Source of the DNA: Candidatus Poribacteria bacterium
Lineage (GTDB): Bacteria; Poribacteria; WGA-4E; WGA-3G
Assembly: GCA_965215265.1 (NCBI GenBank)
Contig: OZ244048.1
Span: 1,216,001-1,280,000, forward strand
DNA length: 64,000 nucleotides
Direction of reading: 5' to 3'
Every line of letters begins with the position of its first letter. Position 1 is the stretch's first letter. Below, piece by piece: positions 59,742 through 64,000 of the stretch. The position numbers and the translations under genes are program-made. Under the pieces are notes generated by a model. That model was not told the origin of the DNA. It made no database searches and saw only the letters and a program-made list of their open reading frames with translations.

Positions 59742-60443
59742 AAACGTTTTGGGTGTTCCTGTTTCGCCGCGGTTCATCTCTTCTCTACCGCGTGCTAGGG
59801 GTTGGATAGTGAGTTCAACTTCCAGGACTGGCTTTTCCGATTTAGGCAAGCGATTCGCTTCGGCACTGTTGGCCAGTTGGAGTGTCACCGCATCTATGTG
59901 GCGTACTTTCTGTAATGCACTCGGATCTAAGGTTTCTGGGTCTCGTTGGCCACCGATAGGGCGCGGTGCCCATTTTCCTGCGACAAAGAGGTGATATCCT
60001 GCAATTTGATGATGGTTTGAGACACCGGGGCCGGTTCCTTCTACCTGAATTCCGGTTTTGACGGTTGGTGGCCAGGACATTTCCCACTTAACAAAGATCG
60101 GTTTTCCGCCGGCACGTTCAACAAGATTCCAGAGGTATTCGGATTGACATAGAGCCGTGTTGATTCCCCAGACGGTTTTGTCGAGTTTTTCGCCGATTGC
60201 TCTGATATTGAAGTCCATGACCTGATGCGTCCCGGGCCATGAGCCTGTGGAGAGAGCGGTCCAACCGGGTGGGGTAAGTGTTGGGAAGAACCCGATCATC
60301 GGTCGGTACACCCCAGTCTGTAGCAGCTGCGCCATATTGGGGGCATGTCCCCAGTCAATGGAATTTTTGACGAGTTCCATGCTGGCACCGTCCATTCCGA
60401 TAATAATTGCGCGTTTTGCAGGTGCGAGTTGTGTCCGCATATT

Positions 60444-60527
60444 AGAGTCAATACATCAGGAGCCTCCGACGAGATTTACACACGAGCTGTCAATACCTAA
60501 GCGTTGATGGTACGGAGATATACAAAA
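60444..60527. mobile_element. 84-nt element between RBS and start codon
   Basis: Minus strand reads AAAAGGAGCAAT|element|AATATG. Confidence 0.88.
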
Positions 60528-60594
60528 ATTGCTCCTTTTGGTTTCTGTAGGCGTTAGCGTTGCCTTTGGCTTCAATCTCCCGTTGCCTCCACAA

Positions 60595-60730
60595 GTGGCA
60601 GGCTAGGTTTTCTTTTTCTCTCCTCGAGGACAGAAAAGTGACGAGATAGGTATTCTTTGTCTGTCCATGAGACAAGATTACCTTTTATCTGCCACCCACT
60701 GGGATTACCTTTTACCTGCCACCCATTGGG
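60595..60730. repeat. Repeat family B, nested pair
   Basis: Two TGRC...GCCA-CCCAYTGGG units, one inside the other. Confidence 0.8.
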
Positions 60731-60775
60731 GCAGAGGCGGCATGGTAACCCGTTTGCGTCTGTCCTTTTTAGGGG

Positions 60776-62539
60776 TTATGAGCGTGTTTTGCCGATGCCG
60801 AATCTTGCGGTTAATTCTTCCAAGGTGTAGGTGTTGATAATATCTCGTTTTGTTAACCAGCCGCGGCGGGCGACGTTGATGCCAAAACGGCGGTGTTGTA
60901 GTTGTATGATACCGTGTGCGTCGGTATTGACAGCTAATAGGGCACCGGTGTGCTTTGCTTGCCGTGCCCATTCGGGTCCCAAATCCAATCGGCGGGGTGA
61001 GCTGTTAATTTCTAAAACTGTTCCATTTTCCGCGGCGGCTTCAATGATAGTGTCAAGATCGAGGGCGTACATCGGTCGCTGTCCAAGGAGTCTACCGGTG
61101 GGATGTCCAATGATATTGACTAACGGATTTTCAATAGCACGAATCAGCCGCTGGGTCATCTGTGCTTCTGATAGCGAGAAGTTGCTGTGGACGCTCGCAA
61201 CAACGATATCAAGTTGGGCTAAAATTTTCTCCGGAAAATCTAACGTTCCGTCTCTTCGAATATCTACTTCGGAACCTGCCAGGATAGTGATATTTTCAGT
61301 TTTGGCATCAAGTTCACGAACTCGCTCTATTTGTTGTAACAACCTTGTCTGATTCAAACCGTTAGCAATGATGGATGAGACAGAGTGATCGGTGATTGCA
61401 ATGTACTCAAACGCTTCTGCTTTGGCAGCTTCTACCATTTCTTGCATGGTGTTACGTCCGTCACTGCATGTAGTGTGTGCGTGCAGGTCGCCGCGTAAGT
61501 CGTTGAGTTCGACGAGATTTGGCAAAGTGCCTTCCATGGCTGCTTTGACAGCCGTTTCATCCTGCTGCAGTTCGGGTGGAATATTGGGTAGATGTTCTAT
61601 TTTTTTGTAAAGGTTCGTGAGCCGACTTTTTGGGGGTGAGTTTTCCGGTTCAGAGTTCGTTGTAGATTTTTGCGGCTGTTCCACTTTCCCATGTGCTGCT
61701 AGCTGCTGTAGCGCGTCGAGATATTTATCCGTACCTGTAGTGAGAAAGAGGATTTCATCGTATTCATCAAGGGTGCAGAAATAGATAATTGCGGGAAAAT
61801 CTTGCGCGATGTGGAATTGAAGTGTTGGAATAGTGTTGGCGAACGCGGCTTCGGCCTGTGGTGTTTTTGATACGAGGGCTTGTGACAGCAGTTGGGTTAA
61901 GGATTGTCGGATAGTGTCTCCGTTCCCTTCGTATTGAACGATGAGTTCAAGGCTGCGACAGTTCTCCTCATACCGGCGGAGTTCGCCGGTGAATTGGTAT
62001 CGTTGGATGTTTGCGGTTTTCAAGATGTCGGCAAGTTGTTCGGCAATTTTCAAAACTTTAGCAAGCGGAAGTGTCCCTTTCTGTTTAAGATAAAACTGAA
62101 AGTTGTGAGCGATTATTTGCAAGTTTTTTTTTCCGATGCCTTTCATAGCGCTGAGCTGCCCTTTCTCGAGTGCTTCACCGAGGTTGTCAAGATTTCTAAT
62201 TCCGAGTTCGTGATAGAGTCTGGCTGCAGTTTTCACGCCGATGCCGCGTATGTTTAAGAGTTGAAGTACGTCTGTGCCGATTTCGGTGGTAAGTTCATCG
62301 TAGAGTTCGCACCGTCCGGTGGTGAGCATTTCATCTGTTTTGTCTTGAATGGCTTTGCCGATGCTGGATAGGCTACGGAACTCTTGTAGGATGATGGCGT
62401 TTTCTGCAAGTTCCGCGGATAATCCATCAATAATATCGGCTGCGCGTGCATAAACCCGGGCACGGAATGGATTATCACCTCGGATTTGCAGCAAGTTGCT
62501 GATGTTGTTGAAGATTGTGCTGATTTCGCTATTTGTCAT
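60776..62539 (-). CDS. polX: DNA polymerase X / PHP exonuclease (non-canonical active site)
   Basis: NPFRARVY, HhH motifs, PPEL, GDLHAHT..SDG, TDHS, GHPTGR, NTDAH. Confidence 0.92.
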   Translation of the reverse strand: MTNSEISTIFNNISNLLQIRGDNPFRARVYARAADIIDGLSAELAENAIILQEFRSLSSIGKAIQDKTDEMLTTGRCELYDELTTEIGTDVLQLLNIRGIGVKTAARLYHELGIRNLDNLGEALEKGQLSAMKGIGKKNLQIIAHNFQFYLKQKGTLPLAKVLKIAEQLADILKTANIQRYQFTGELRRYEENCRSLELIVQYEGNGDTIRQSLTQLLSQALVSKTPQAEAAFANTIPTLQFHIAQDFPAIIYFCTLDEYDEILFLTTGTDKYLDALQQLAAHGKVEQPQKSTTNSEPENSPPKSRLTNLYKKIEHLPNIPPELQQDETAVKAAMEGTLPNLVELNDLRGDLHAHTTCSDGRNTMQEMVEAAKAEAFEYIAITDHSVSSIIANGLNQTRLLQQIERVRELDAKTENITILAGSEVDIRRDGTLDFPEKILAQLDIVVASVHSNFSLSEAQMTQRLIRAIENPLVNIIGHPTGRLLGQRPMYALDLDTIIEAAAENGTVLEINSSPRRLDLGPEWARQAKHTGALLAVNTDAHGIIQLQHRRFGINVARRGWLTKRDIINTYTLEELTARFGIGKTRS

Positions 62540-62587
62540 TTTACGGGAGCCGTTCCTTACTCACACTTTCTCCGGTGTGTTGGTGTG

Positions 62588-63445
62588 TTACAGTAGGCGC
62601 GTTGTTTTTCGTTGCGCAAAGATGGCGGAGATAATTCCAACGCACAGTCCTATTCCGACAATTAGAATATATTGATAGCCGGGCAGAAATTCAAGGGTGC
62701 CGAGCTGCTGTTCAAAGAGAAAAAATAGCCCGTAAAAACCAGCGATACCGCAGGCTGTACCGAGGATACCGAGGAAAATACCATGGGTAAGCAGCGGAAT
62801 CAATAGGTAGCGCGACGATGCGCCGAGGAGTTTTACGAGAACAATCTCTTCATGTCTATTGACTGTGGTTTTTGCGAGGGTATGTTGAATAAGCAACCAG
62901 CATGCGGCGATTGTCATGCATATAGCTGCGATGGTGATGTGCTCGGCATTGCGTAAACGTTCGTTCCAGGTGCCTTGTGCTGTCAATAAAACGTCCTCAA
63001 CTTCTTCGTGTACCTTGATATCCAAAGCGAGTTGTTCTAACATCGTCTGCGTTTTTGTTTCGACATCTATATAAATTTCGATGGATGCTGGAAAAGGGTA
63101 TATTCCAGTAAATCCTTCTTGAATGAGTTTGCCGAGTTCCTTAAATTGGTATTCGCTGCGTTCGAAGACTTCCTGCTTTGAGATGTAATTGGCATCAAGA
63201 ATTCGCTCATCTTTCTCAATTTGGCTGAGAAAGGCTCGTCCTTTCGTCTCATTGAGTGTATCTTTAAGTGTTGCGATGAGGGTTGGTGCGTCTTTCTCAA
63301 ATTCAAGCTGCTGGGCAATAAAACCGTGATGCAGCAGTACAGTGATTAAGGTGCCGGTGACTAACGCGATGCTGAGGAGGCTCATAAGATTTGCGATGCC
63401 TGCATGTCTAATATGGGAGATGGCATTTTCAATATAATAACGCAT
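62588..63445 (-). CDS. ftsX: Cell division permease FtsX-like
   Basis: 4-TM layout, PFPASIEI, RHEEIVLVKLLGAS; downstream of the ftsE-like ATPase. Confidence 0.8.
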   Translation of the reverse strand: MRYYIENAISHIRHAGIANLMSLLSIALVTGTLITVLLHHGFIAQQLEFEKDAPTLIATLKDTLNETKGRAFLSQIEKDERILDANYISKQEVFERSEYQFKELGKLIQEGFTGIYPFPASIEIYIDVETKTQTMLEQLALDIKVHEEVEDVLLTAQGTWNERLRNAEHITIAAICMTIAACWLLIQHTLAKTTVNRHEEIVLVKLLGASSRYLLIPLLTHGIFLGILGTACGIAGFYGLFFLFEQQLGTLEFLPGYQYILIVGIGLCVGIISAIFAQRKTTRLL

Positions 63446-63467
63446 TTTGGGTTAAAATTGTCTCTGA

Positions 63468-63527
63468 TGGCGAGATAGGTATTCTTTGTCTCATGGCAAG
63501 ATTACCTTTTACTCGCCACCCACTGGG
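63468..63527. repeat. Repeat family B
   Basis: TGGCGAG..hairpin..CTCGCCA-CCCACTGGG. Confidence 0.85.
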
Positions 63528-63620
63528 TTGCGTATTCTCTCGTTATTGTGTCAATTTGTGCTGTTCCGCGTTAGGAAGCTGCATGAGCGTAATTTCTATC
63601 CGTTTCATCTAGTTGCAACG

Positions 63621-64000
63621 TCAATGAATAGTTCCGTCTCTCAGTTCAATAATTCGCTTATTGCATTTCTGAGCGAACTGTTTGTTATTAGTTGTGACAA
63701 GAATTGTTATGCCTTGAAAGTTAAGTGCGTCCAAAAGCGCGATGATTTCAAGTGAAAGTCGGTTATCCAAGTGTGCTGTAGGTGTGTCAGCAAGTAGTAG
63801 GAGCGGGCGATTGATAATGGCTCTGGCGATAGCGAGCCGTTGTCGTTCGTTGCCGGAGATTTGCGTTGGGTGTGCGTCTTTATGATGTGCGAGTCCCATC
63901 TGCTGAAGGAGTTTGTTGACATTTTCCTTCAGATTGGCCGGTTTAGTTCCCATTATTTTTTGTGGGAGTGCGAGATTTTTTTCGAGCGTTTTATTATTCA
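63621..64000 (-). CDS. ftsE: FtsE-like ABC ATPase (5' truncated by window edge)
   Basis: ISGNERQRLAIARAIINRPLLLLADTPT...GITILVTT. Confidence 0.8.
   Translation of the reverse strand, partial: NNKTLEKNLALPQKIMGTKPANLKENVNKLLQQMGLAHHKDAHPTQISGNERQRLAIARAIINRPLLLLADTPTAHLDNRLSLEIIALLDALNFQGITILVTTNNKQFAQKCNKRIIELRDGTIH

Larger units (their letters stand above)
58338..60440 (-). pseudogene. Alkaline phosphatase-superfamily phosphodiesterase/nucleotide pyrophosphatase with two in-frame 84-nt inserts and one internal TGA
   Basis: GMDGA, PTLTPPGWTALSTG, SDHG, GAHG, DVAPT all lie in one frame; the only internal stop (59712-59714) is inside an insert; functional status unknown. Confidence 0.8.

Overview
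Bacterial chromosomal window, most likely Candidatus Poribacteria or a relative (inferred from the N(Y/F)PNPFNPETWIPYQLA C-terminal domain, the KLATTWGxLK tail and the FGE/SUMF1, dockerin-like and LVIVD secreted proteins). Housekeeping content includes tRNA-Leu(CAA), hflX, smpB-ssrA, yqiJ/flotillin, a gldA/F/G-like ABC system, a CCC transporter, mscS, an addA-like helicase, selA, heptose genes, polX and ftsEX. Five features stand out. (1) A family of exactly 84-nt non-autonomous elements inserts precisely into genes; three copies sit in one phosphodiesterase gene in the same orientation and phase, and removing them in silico restores the RBS spacing and the ORF. (2) A second, hairpin-type repeat family inserts without target duplication, mostly before CT, and often inside other repeats. 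(3) A polymorphic secreted-protein cassette at 11.1-14.8 kb is built on a 288-bp repeat that straddles a gene junction. (4) A triple-FGE protein has DGR-like variable regions. (5) Two apparently homologous long poly-C leaders precede the two secreted-protein operons. All alignments were done by eye and no database searches were run.
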